A stretch of 64,000 nt of DNA, taken from the NCBI GenBank assembly GCA_041303415.1, contig JBFYPG010000006.1:29688-93687 (forward strand), in the 5' to 3' direction. Shown here piece after piece: positions 49,556-58,222 of the stretch. Position numbers and translations under genes: made by a program. The stretch's first letter is position 1. Each line of letters opens with the position of its first letter. The notes below the pieces were generated by a model that saw nothing but the letters and a program-made list of their open reading frames with translations, did no database searches and was not told where the DNA came from. The stretch is from Bacteroidales bacterium. Its GTDB lineage: Bacteria; Bacteroidota; Bacteroidia; Bacteroidales; VadinHA17.

Positions 49556-50809
49556 TTATCTGCATTCTTTCGGATAGCAAAGAAAGTATTTTGTGATCCT
49601 TTCTGACAGGAACCGGTGGTCGGTCATGTCGGAAACAGTGGAAATATCTGCTGTTTTTCCTGATTTAAGCAATATGCTGACCTCCGGTTCATCAGGCGTA
49701 TAGGCAAGATTTGATATGCTGTTCGTGAAAACATAATAATCCGTTTGTTCCCTGCTGATCCCTTTCATCCGGGCAGTCGCCTCTTTCAGTTTGATGACTC
49801 TTTCCCTGGGAAACGGTTCATTCTGCATTTCTATTGCAAGAAGGTCTCTTTTCATCAGCCTGGCTGAAAGATCGGAAAGTATCTTATCGCTGTGATCGGA
49901 CCAGTATTTCGCTGAAACCAGAATATCAGAATCATCAAGCCGCATAAATGTATTGGCCACAAGGCCGGGAGTGAATGTGCCTTCCCTGAGCAGGTCATCC
50001 GGACCAATCTTATTATAAAGGAAGAATCGCAGTGCAGGGGTTGCATACATGTCTACGCCTTCGCCTGCAAGCTCTTTTGCGCGCCGGAGGGTTTTTACAA
50101 GAAGGTTTTCTGAGGATAGCACTGTCTTGTGCATATAAACCTGCCAGTACATCAGCCTCCTGGCTATAAGGAATTTCTCAAGCGAATAGATCCCTTTTTC
50201 ATCAATTACAAGGCTGTCGTTGACAACATTAAGCATCCTGATTATCCGGTCCGATCCGACTGACCCTTCAATTACCCCTGTAAAGAAACTGTCCCTGCGC
50301 AGGTAATCGAGCCTGTCCATATCCATCTGTCCGGCAATAAGCTCATGAAGGAACTTCCTGTGATAGGTTCCTTTGAATATTTCAATTGCAAGGGTCAGCT
50401 TTCCCTTGAAATACTCATTCATCATGTTCATCATCAGCAGGGAGAGATCTTCATGCGAGATGCCTGTAATTATCGATGTCTCAAGTGCATGAGAGAATGG
50501 CCCGTGACCTGCGTCATGGAGAACTATCGCGATCTGGGCTGCCTCTTCCTCCTCCGGCGAGATCTGCACGCCCTTGCTTTTGAGTGTCTTCAGGGCAAGG
50601 TCCATGAGGTGCAAAGCGCCCAGGCTATGCTGAAACCTGCTGTGGACGGCCCCCGGATAAACGAAGCTTGTAAGCCCGAGCTGCTTTATGTTACGGAGCC
50701 GCTGGAACCAGGGATGCTCAATGATATCAAAAATGAAATCGCCCGGAATACTTATAAATCCGTAGACGGGATCATTGATTATCTTTCGCTTGTTGATTTT
50801 AAATGCCAC
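49556..50809 (-). CDS. HD domain-containing protein (dNTP triphosphohydrolase-like)
   Basis: 417 aa. RFQHSLGALH ... LHDAGHGPFSH ... DMDRLDYLRRD motifs of the HD superfamily. The position upstream of lpxD is conserved. Confidence 0.8.
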   Translation of the reverse strand: MAFKINKRKIINDPVYGFISIPGDFIFDIIEHPWFQRLRNIKQLGLTSFVYPGAVHSRFQHSLGALHLMDLALKTLKSKGVQISPEEEEAAQIAIVLHDAGHGPFSHALETSIITGISHEDLSLLMMNMMNEYFKGKLTLAIEIFKGTYHRKFLHELIAGQMDMDRLDYLRRDSFFTGVIEGSVGSDRIIRMLNVVNDSLVIDEKGIYSLEKFLIARRLMYWQVYMHKTVLSSENLLVKTLRRAKELAGEGVDMYATPALRFFLYNKIGPDDLLREGTFTPGLVANTFMRLDDSDILVSAKYWSDHSDKILSDLSARLMKRDLLAIEMQNEPFPRERVIKLKEATARMKGISREQTDYYVFTNSISNLAYTPDEPEVSILLKSGKTADISTVSDMTDHRFLSERITKYFLCYPKECR

Positions 50810-50873
50810 TTTTATGGTTAATTAACTTACAAAAGTATGAATTTGTTTTTACAAGACTCTGTCCAAAGTAATG

Positions 50874-50953
50874 CTTTGTGTAACTTGGTGCCTTGGTGTC
50901 CTGGTGGCAAAAATAATAGCCACAAAGGCACGAAGACACCAAGGATCACCAAG
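50874..50953. repeat. inverted arrays of CAC-N-AAGG units forming an imperfect ~35-bp hairpin
   Basis: Left arm CTTTGTGTAACTTGGTGCCTTGGTGTCCTGGTGGC, 10-nt loop AAAAATAATA, right arm GCCACAAAGGCACGAAGACACCAAGGATCACCAAG. About 25 of 35 positions pair. Confidence 0.8.
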
Positions 50954-51052
50954 AAATTAGTAAAAATCTGTATTAATTTAGCAACAATTGAAAATATTAA
51001 CGTCTTTATTACGTAATTACCTGTTAAAGCCACCTAACACCTTTCCTGCGGG

Positions 51053-51946
51053 ATGAAAATTGAGATTCAGGGACTGAATAAGATATATCCTAACGGCAAC
51101 CATGCACTGAAAGACATTAACCTTGAATTCCGCACCGGCATGTTCGGCCTTCTTGGCCCCAATGGAGCCGGGAAATCAAGCCTGATGAGAATCATGGTTA
51201 CGCTGATGAAGCCTACATCAGGTGTAGTCCTTGTTGACGGCAGGGACATCCAGAAACACAGGAAGGAGATCAGGGGAATGCTGGGTTACCTGCCCCAGGA
51301 CTTCCGTTTCTTCACCTCTCTTAAGACATGGGAATTCCTTGATTATTCGGGATCGCTTGCAGGAATGAAGAACAGGAAACAGAGACTCTCAGAGGTTGAC
51401 AGGCTGCTCGACCAGGTTGGTCTGCTGGAAGTACGGGACCGTCAGGCCAACAAGCTTTCGGGCGGCATGAAGAGGCGTCTCGGAATCGCTCAGGCTCTTA
51501 TCGGGAGTCCCCGCATCATAATCGTTGATGAGCCGACAACCGGCCTTGATCCTGATGAAAGGATCAGGTTCAGGAATATCCTCTCACAGCTCAGCCAGAA
51601 TGATGTTACCATAATACTGTCAACTCATATTGTTGGCGATATATCATCAACATGCCAGGGAATGGCTCTGCTCAGCAGGGGAGAGCTTGTTTTTTCCGGG
51701 TCTCCCGAAAGCCTGATAAAAGAGGCTGATGGTCACGTATTTAAGCTCACTCTCACCCCTCACGAGTATGAAATGGTCAAGGAAAAGTATGATGTAATAT
51801 CAACTATACCTGTTGAGGCAGGATGGGAGGTGCAGGTTGTGGCCGATGAAGTTCCTGATTATCCTTATACCAATATAATTCCGAACATTGAGCATGCATA
51901 CGTATATTACATGGAGCATATGATGCATGCCGATTTAACTGAATAA
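51053..51946 (+). CDS. ABC transporter ATP-binding protein
   Basis: 297 aa. Walker A GPNGAGKSS, signature LSGGMKRR, Walker B IIIVDEPTTGLD. Confidence 0.93.
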   Translation: MKIEIQGLNKIYPNGNHALKDINLEFRTGMFGLLGPNGAGKSSLMRIMVTLMKPTSGVVLVDGRDIQKHRKEIRGMLGYLPQDFRFFTSLKTWEFLDYSGSLAGMKNRKQRLSEVDRLLDQVGLLEVRDRQANKLSGGMKRRLGIAQALIGSPRIIIVDEPTTGLDPDERIRFRNILSQLSQNDVTIILSTHIVGDISSTCQGMALLSRGELVFSGSPESLIKEADGHVFKLTLTPHEYEMVKEKYDVISTIPVEAGWEVQVVADEVPDYPYTNIIPNIEHAYVYYMEHMMHADLTE

Positions 51947-51960
51947 GTCCAGGAGGGAAA

Positions 51961-54900
51961 ATGGAGCTTCTTCATAACATAAGAACGGTCGCAAGATATG
52001 AAGCGACTATCCTTCGGCGAAGCTGGTTCTTCAGGCTCTTCTCTGTCGGAGCTCTCTTTTTCCTGACAATAATGAATATAGCGCTCTTCTCCCCCATCGG
52101 TGACGAACCATGGGATTTTATCTCAATACCATCTTCAGTTCCTCTTTTCAACCTGTATATACTGAATATCGGGCAGGCAATTGTTGTGATATTCCTTGCA
52201 GCTGACTTCCTGAAAAGAGACAAAAAAGTTGACACCAATGAAGTCCTTTATACAAGGTCAATGTCAAACCTCGAATATATACTGGGAAAAACATGGGGGA
52301 TACTCCGTCTCTTCCTTGGCCTCGATGTCATAATACTGCTCATTGCCCTAATTGTCAACATCATCTCAAACAAGATGACTGTTGACATAATGTCATATTT
52401 CTGGTACCTGCTGATCATCTGTGTTCCCACAATAGTATTCAGCCTCGGACTTGCATTCATGCTGATGTCGTTTATAAGGAACCAGGCTGTAACCTTTCTC
52501 ATCCTTCTGGGAATTGCCGCGCTCGATATGTTCTGGCTCTGGTTCAGGTTCGGATCGCTGTTTGATTATATGGCATTCGGCCTGCCCCTGTACAAATCCG
52601 GAGTAATTGGCTTCGATAACCTGGATTTCATCATCAATCAGCGGCTGATTTACTTCTGTCTCGGTCTTTCATTTGTCTTTATAACTGTACTGCTGTTCAA
52701 AAGATTGCCGCAATCCCGTTCACACACTATAATAAGTTATGTATTCGCTGTGATCTCACTTGCAGTATCAGCAGTTTGCACTTTCAGCGTGTTTTCTTCA
52801 TTCAAAGAGGAAAAACTTGAAAAAAAGCTTGTTATTGACACCAACAGGCAATTCGAGAACAGGCGGTTTGTCTCACTTACAGATGCTGACATCGAGCTTG
52901 TTCATAAGGGAACGACAATTGAAGCATCTGCTTCCCTGAAATTCATGAATGAGACAGATGAAAACATTGATAATTATGTTTTTTCGCTGAATCCGGGACT
53001 TAAAGTCGCAGCTGTTACGTCAGGAGGAAGAGATCAGAATTTCACAATCACCAACCACATAATTGAGATTACTCCCGGGAGACCTCTTCTTCCGGGAGAG
53101 CGGGACACTCTTGTGATTTCCTGGTCGGGAACAATAAACGAATCGTTCTGCTATCCCGATCATGTTGAGAATATTAAGGACCAGGCTTACAGGATAGAGA
53201 TGCTGCAGGTGCATAAGCGGCAGGCTTTCCTGACAGGGAAATATGCACTGCTGATTCCGGAAACTCACTGGTATCCTGTACCCGGGCTCAATTATTACCC
53301 CGGGAATCCTGCCAGGATAAAAGTTGATTTCACCAGTTATTCCCTCCGGGTAAAACCGGCTGAAGGGCTCACGCCGGTGTCGCAGGGAATATTGAGTTCA
53401 TCAGGAGACTATTATCTTTTCAGCCCTGAGTCGCCGCTGACAGGACTGACCCTTGCAATAGGGGATTACAGGTCGGATACCCTTAAACTTGACACTATTA
53501 CCTTCATAAGCCACCATTTCCCGGGAAATGATTATTACAAAAAGGATCTTTCAGAGATCAGGGATACTCTTCCAATGCTTGTTTCAGGAATAATGCGGGA
53601 CCTTGAGGTTAATTTCTCAACCAGGTATCCTTTCAAAACCCTCAGTCTGCTGGAGGTGCCGGTTCAGTTCTTCTCTCTTCCGAGAATGAGCACACAGACA
53701 AGGGCAGAGGTTCAGCCGTCAATGGTGCTGCTGCCTGAAAAACTATCCACAACTGAAGGTGCCGGCTTTAAAAGAAGGTTTACCCGCAATAAGAAAAGGA
53801 TGGAAAGAGAAAACCAGGTTATAACCGATAAGGAGCTTCAGGTAAGGATATTCAACGATTTCATCAGGAGGACATTCATAACCGGTGAAGAAATGGCGAT
53901 CAGAAACGGAGTGGTTCTGAATGCGCCTTCAAGGTACCGGCTGGGACCCAGCTTTTATTTTCATAAAAATAATTTCTACTCAGACGAATATCCGGTAATT
54001 AATGCAGTTTTTGAATCACATCTCCAGAAAATAAACATACGCGAAGGAGAAGATTTCGATTACAGGTCATTCCTTGGCGGTCTGTCAGACATCGACAGGA
54101 CTAATCTTATTTTCAGGGAAGGAAGCTTCAGGGAGCTGCTTGCAAGGAATCTTTCAGTTGATACAGTCAGGCTGCTGGTAACGATGAAGGGTGATTACAT
54201 ATTTAACCTCCTCAGGTCAAAGGCAGGCATCACGGATTTCAATGAATATTTTAAAGAATATGTTGAAAAAAACAAATTCAGGAGGATCGATATCAGCCAA
54301 TTCAATGAAGATATTAAAGCCGAATTCGGTTTTGATTTCTATCAGTATCTCAACGACTGGTTTAACTCTAAAGATCAGCCGGGATTTCACTTTACCGATC
54401 TTCAGGTGAATGAAATTGTGATAGAGGACAGGGTAAGATACAGAGTTACTTTCACAGCATCAAATCCCGGGACGGTGCCAGGTATTTTCAATGTCTCCTT
54501 CCGTACCGGGGGACCAGGCAGCAGTAACAGGCAGTCATCAATGACCGTCATGCAGGGAACCCAGGGATTCTATTCTGATATGGGCAGGGGAATGGAGGTT
54601 GCCGACATCTCAAAGATCGTGATCCTGAACGCGAAAGAGGCAAAAAAGATCATTATAATCCTCGACTACGAACCGCGGGAAATGCTTGTCAATTCCCTCT
54701 TTTCAAAGAATATCCCGGGCGAGCTCACCATCCCTGTGAATGAGATCAGGAGATCAAGAGACCGTAATGAAACCGCCGACAGCGAACAGGTCCTGGAAAA
54801 AACACCGGAATTCTCCCTGCCCGGTGAAGCAATTGTGGATAATGAGGATCCGGGATTCGACATGGGCCCTGTTCCTGACCAGAGTCCGCTCAAAAAACTC

Positions 54901-55386
54901 CTGAAGGTTGATGATAAAAGAGGAGATCCGTACCAGCAGGTTCGCCGGTATAACCGTCCGGGCTACTGGCAGCCGGTTGTTAACTCTTATTATTATGGCA
55001 CTTATATTCTCTCTGCTGTTTATACTGCCGGAGGTACAGGCAATCTATCTGTAAAATGGAACACCCCGGTTGATGAAGCAGGATTTTATGACATATATTG
55101 CTATATCGGAAAGATAAGTGAGCGTATTACCATTGCCAGCGGAAGCGGTGCTCCGCCTCCCGGTGGCCAGGAGCAGGGTGAGAGCCTTTACAAGGACCTG
55201 CACTATAAAATATATCACGATGAAGGTGTTGAGGAGATAACTGTTGATTTTGAAAACGCCGGGGCGGGGTGGCATAACATGGGCCGGTATTACCTGACCC
55301 CCGACACTGCAACTGTGGAACTTACAAATCAATCATCAGGCAGGCTTGTGATAGGCGATGCGATAAAGTGGGTGAGGGCGAAGTAA
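51961..55386 (+). CDS. ABC-2-type permease fused to a large extracytoplasmic M1-aminopeptidase-like (motif-less) region and a golvesin-C-terminal-like domain
   Basis: 1141 aa. About six TM helices in the first ~280 aa. The remainder resembles the permease/M1-aminopeptidase fusions of Bacteroidota, but the translation has no HExxH anywhere. The C-terminal ~170 aa (..GFYDIYCYIGK..GWHNMGRYYL..LVIGDAIKWVR) resemble golvesin-type C-terminal domains (recalled pattern, not searched). Confidence 0.65.
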   Translation: MELLHNIRTVARYEATILRRSWFFRLFSVGALFFLTIMNIALFSPIGDEPWDFISIPSSVPLFNLYILNIGQAIVVIFLAADFLKRDKKVDTNEVLYTRSMSNLEYILGKTWGILRLFLGLDVIILLIALIVNIISNKMTVDIMSYFWYLLIICVPTIVFSLGLAFMLMSFIRNQAVTFLILLGIAALDMFWLWFRFGSLFDYMAFGLPLYKSGVIGFDNLDFIINQRLIYFCLGLSFVFITVLLFKRLPQSRSHTIISYVFAVISLAVSAVCTFSVFSSFKEEKLEKKLVIDTNRQFENRRFVSLTDADIELVHKGTTIEASASLKFMNETDENIDNYVFSLNPGLKVAAVTSGGRDQNFTITNHIIEITPGRPLLPGERDTLVISWSGTINESFCYPDHVENIKDQAYRIEMLQVHKRQAFLTGKYALLIPETHWYPVPGLNYYPGNPARIKVDFTSYSLRVKPAEGLTPVSQGILSSSGDYYLFSPESPLTGLTLAIGDYRSDTLKLDTITFISHHFPGNDYYKKDLSEIRDTLPMLVSGIMRDLEVNFSTRYPFKTLSLLEVPVQFFSLPRMSTQTRAEVQPSMVLLPEKLSTTEGAGFKRRFTRNKKRMERENQVITDKELQVRIFNDFIRRTFITGEEMAIRNGVVLNAPSRYRLGPSFYFHKNNFYSDEYPVINAVFESHLQKINIREGEDFDYRSFLGGLSDIDRTNLIFREGSFRELLARNLSVDTVRLLVTMKGDYIFNLLRSKAGITDFNEYFKEYVEKNKFRRIDISQFNEDIKAEFGFDFYQYLNDWFNSKDQPGFHFTDLQVNEIVIEDRVRYRVTFTASNPGTVPGIFNVSFRTGGPGSSNRQSSMTVMQGTQGFYSDMGRGMEVADISKIVILNAKEAKKIIIILDYEPREMLVNSLFSKNIPGELTIPVNEIRRSRDRNETADSEQVLEKTPEFSLPGEAIVDNEDPGFDMGPVPDQSPLKKLLKVDDKRGDPYQQVRRYNRPGYWQPVVNSYYYGTYILSAVYTAGGTGNLSVKWNTPVDEAGFYDIYCYIGKISERITIASGSGAPPPGGQEQGESLYKDLHYKIYHDEGVEEITVDFENAGAGWHNMGRYYLTPDTATVELTNQSSGRLVIGDAIKWVRAK

Positions 55387-55387
55387 A

Positions 55388-55495
55388 GGCGACCGGCTAC
55401 AGGCGGGAGGGCATGAGGGGGTGATGGGGAGAGGGGGAGATAGGGAGAAAAGATAAACCAGGGGCTCCCCTCCTTGGAGGGGCTGGGGGTGGGTT
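55388..55495 (+). repeat. modular intercistronic repeat element (heptads, octads with a G4 motif, GC hairpin)
   Basis: GGCGACC GGCTACA GGCGGGA (55388-55408). GGGGG-TGAT-GGGG-AGA-GGGGG-AGATA-GGG (55417-55445). CTCCCCTCCTTGGAGGGGCTGGGGGTGGGTT (55465-55495), with hairpin CCCCTCC-TT-GGAGGGG. Same module order as 31574-31713 on the opposite strand. Confidence 0.85.
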
Positions 55496-55525
55496 AATAT
55501 GGTTAAATAGATTCAAATTATTAAA

Positions 55526-57007
55526 ATGAAACGATTGTTTAAAACAGCAGGAAGGCAGATATTTAAAGGGTTATTGCTGGTATTCACATCATTACCGGCA
55601 TTCTCCCAGACCGGCCTTACGCTTGAGGAAGCGCTGAAGATTGCCGAAACAAACAGCCCGACGATGAAGAAGACCAGGCTCAGCCTGGTAAGAAGCCAGG
55701 AGAACCTGAATGCACAGAAAGCATCCCTTAAATCGAGTTTCTCCCTTTCGGTAAATCCTATCGGGTACAGCCAGCAAAGGACCTTCAATGAACTGATCTC
55801 GGAATGGAACTCAACAAAGACCACCGAGAGCTACAGCCTCTTTACCGTATCGCAGCCCATCCTGCTTACCGACGCAAGAGTATCTCTGACAAACAGGTTC
55901 GGATATACCGATTCGTACAGCGAGTATTCCGACAAGACAACAAAGGGCTTCAGCAACAACTTGTCGCTGAGCCTCGATCAGCCCCTGTTCACATATAACA
56001 GGACAAAGCTCCAGCTGAGAGAACTGGAACTGGCACTCGAGAACTCTCAGCTGAACTATGCCATGCAGCTTCTGTCTCTTGAAAACATGGTGACCCAGGG
56101 ATTCTATTATGTATACCAGCAGCAGCAGAGCCTCGAAATAGCCCGCCAGGCATACCAGAATATGATGCAGAGTCACGAGGTTATTAAAAACAAGGTGGAC
56201 GCAGGCATATCCCCGCGTGAGGAGATGTACCAGGCCGAACTTAACCTGGCAACTACAAAATCGGACTACGAAAACAGGCAGGTGTCGCTCGATAATGCAA
56301 AGGACGATTTCAAGATCATGATAGGAATGAGCCTCTATGACGACCTCATTGTGCTTCCCAATATTGCAGTTGACACTATCAGCATTGACATCGCATTCGC
56401 CATCGACCAGGGACTTGCAAACAGGATGGAGCTTCGGCAGAGAAAAATTAGCATCGAGGAATCGGAGTTTGATCTTATTCAGACGAAATCCCTGAATGAA
56501 TTCCGCGGAAGCCTGGGGCTCTCCGTCGGGCTCTTCGGCGACAATGAGGAATTCGGAAATGTTTATGATAATCCTACAGATAATGAAACTGTATCCCTGT
56601 CACTTGTGATCCCTTTGTGGGACTGGGGAGAAAGAAAGTCACGGATAAAGGCTTCCGAAGCAAATATTGAGACGGCAAATATCTCCCTTGAGGAGGAGCA
56701 GAACGACATAATTCTCAGCATAAGAAAAGTATACAGGAACCTGCTCAACCTCCGGAACCAGATCGAAATAGCCCGCCAGAATGTGACGAATGCACAGCTC
56801 ACCTATGACCTTAACCTTGAAAGATACAAGAACGGCGACCTTACAGGCATGGACCTGAATATCTATCAGAACCAGCTTTCTGAAAAACAGCTTTCCCATA
56901 CCAATTCGCTGATAGAATATAAGCTCGAGCTTCTGAAACTGAAAATTCAGGCGCTTTATGATTTTGAGAACAGGAAACCTGTTTCACCGGTAATGAGTTT
57001 AGAGTAA
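55526..57007 (+). CDS. TolC family outer membrane efflux protein
   Basis: 493 aa. Signal peptide and two OEP repeats with characteristic coiled-coil / beta-barrel alternation. Upstream of MFP and RND genes. Confidence 0.88.
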   Translation: MKRLFKTAGRQIFKGLLLVFTSLPAFSQTGLTLEEALKIAETNSPTMKKTRLSLVRSQENLNAQKASLKSSFSLSVNPIGYSQQRTFNELISEWNSTKTTESYSLFTVSQPILLTDARVSLTNRFGYTDSYSEYSDKTTKGFSNNLSLSLDQPLFTYNRTKLQLRELELALENSQLNYAMQLLSLENMVTQGFYYVYQQQQSLEIARQAYQNMMQSHEVIKNKVDAGISPREEMYQAELNLATTKSDYENRQVSLDNAKDDFKIMIGMSLYDDLIVLPNIAVDTISIDIAFAIDQGLANRMELRQRKISIEESEFDLIQTKSLNEFRGSLGLSVGLFGDNEEFGNVYDNPTDNETVSLSLVIPLWDWGERKSRIKASEANIETANISLEEEQNDIILSIRKVYRNLLNLRNQIEIARQNVTNAQLTYDLNLERYKNGDLTGMDLNIYQNQLSEKQLSHTNSLIEYKLELLKLKIQALYDFENRKPVSPVMSLE

Positions 57008-57058
57008 TAAAGCATGATGAATAGAAATCCTATATATTATGTCACTACCCCCTTTCTT

Positions 57059-57124
57059 ATTTCCCCCAGGGGGGAAATGTTTTTAACTCCTTCCCCCTTG
57101 GGGGAAGGCGGGGATGGGGGTATT
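57059..57124 (+). repeat. two C5/G5 hairpins, the second a third copy of the hairpin + G-tail module
   Basis: ATTTCCCCC-A-GGGGGGAAAT (57059-57078), followed by TGTTTTT. CTCCTTCCCCCTTGGGGGAAGGCGGGGATGGGGGTATT (57087-57124), with an 8-bp stem CCTTCCCC/GGGGAAGG and a CTTG loop. Confidence 0.8.
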
Positions 57125-57164
57125 ATATTATAAGTAAAGATAAACGCGCATAATAATTTTCAAT

Positions 57165-58217
57165 ATGAAAAAAAGTTTAATTGTACTTGCCTCACTAGTA
57201 CTAATCTTAAATGGATGCAGGAACCAGGATCAGAACCTGTCGGCAGATGTTGAAATTCCGGTTTCGGTCAAAGAGCTTAAGCTCACGACAATTGAAGAGT
57301 ATGTAAATACTACCGGGACAGCTTTCCCTAAGGGGGAGATAGAGCTTAAGTCAAAAATCTCCGCAACATATTTTCTTGAGAGAAATCCCCTGACGGGCAG
57401 ATTCTGGCAGATGGGCGACAGGGTAAAAAAAGGAGACCTGATCGCCAGGCTCGAGGATGAGGAATACGTCAATTCGGTGAAGATGGAGACCAACCAGCTT
57501 AACCTTGAGCTGATGGAAACGGAGCTCCGCAAGCAGGAGTCTCTTTATGAAAAAGGCGGTGTGACACTCAAAGACCTTAAGACGGCTGAGATAAATTATG
57601 AAAACGCAAAAACAACGGTTGTCAATTCGAAGCTTCAACTCGAAAAGACAAGGATAGTTTCACCTATTGAAGGAGTTATTGTCGATCTTCCTTATCATAC
57701 CCAGGGGACCCAGGTTGAAACCGGTGTTCCAGTGGTAAAGATAATGGACTATAAAACAATGTATATGGACGTGCAGCTTCCAGAAAAATATATTTCCGAT
57801 ATTGAGTCAGGACAGATTGTATGGCTTACAAACTATACAATCCCGGAGGATACAATTACCGGGCATGTGACACAATTGTCCCCGGCGATAAATGCTGATA
57901 CAAGAACCTTTAAGGGGACAGTATCCATTGAAAACAATGACTTTCTCCTGAGGCCGGGGATGTTCGTAAAAGCCGATATTGTGACAAACCATAAGGATTC
58001 AGTTATTGTGATCCCGAAAAGCATAATCCTGTCGCGGCAGAAGGGCAAGACAGTGTTTGTCGTTGATCGCGGCATTGCAGCAGAAAGGATCATAGAGACC
58101 GGTCTGGAGAACATATCAGATGTTGAGGTCACAAGGGGGCTTGAAAAAAATGAACGTGTGGTCATCAGCGGCTTTGAGACACTGAGCAACCGGTCGAAGG
58201 TCAAAATAATCAACTGA
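57165..58217 (+). CDS. efflux RND transporter periplasmic adaptor subunit (MFP)
   Basis: 350 aa. Lipoprotein signal (LILNGC), and HlyD-like barrel-sandwich / coiled-coil hairpin / beta-barrel order. Confidence 0.9.
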   Translation: MKKSLIVLASLVLILNGCRNQDQNLSADVEIPVSVKELKLTTIEEYVNTTGTAFPKGEIELKSKISATYFLERNPLTGRFWQMGDRVKKGDLIARLEDEEYVNSVKMETNQLNLELMETELRKQESLYEKGGVTLKDLKTAEINYENAKTTVVNSKLQLEKTRIVSPIEGVIVDLPYHTQGTQVETGVPVVKIMDYKTMYMDVQLPEKYISDIESGQIVWLTNYTIPEDTITGHVTQLSPAINADTRTFKGTVSIENNDFLLRPGMFVKADIVTNHKDSVIVIPKSIILSRQKGKTVFVVDRGIAAERIIETGLENISDVEVTRGLEKNERVVISGFETLSNRSKVKIIN

Positions 58218-58222
58218 AAGAA

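Noticed and set aside
51961-55386. Calling the fusion protein an active M1 aminopeptidase.
   Set aside because: The translated sequence contains no HExxH motif and no clear GxMEN motif, so catalytic activity cannot be supported. It is reported as M1-like only, with a caveat.
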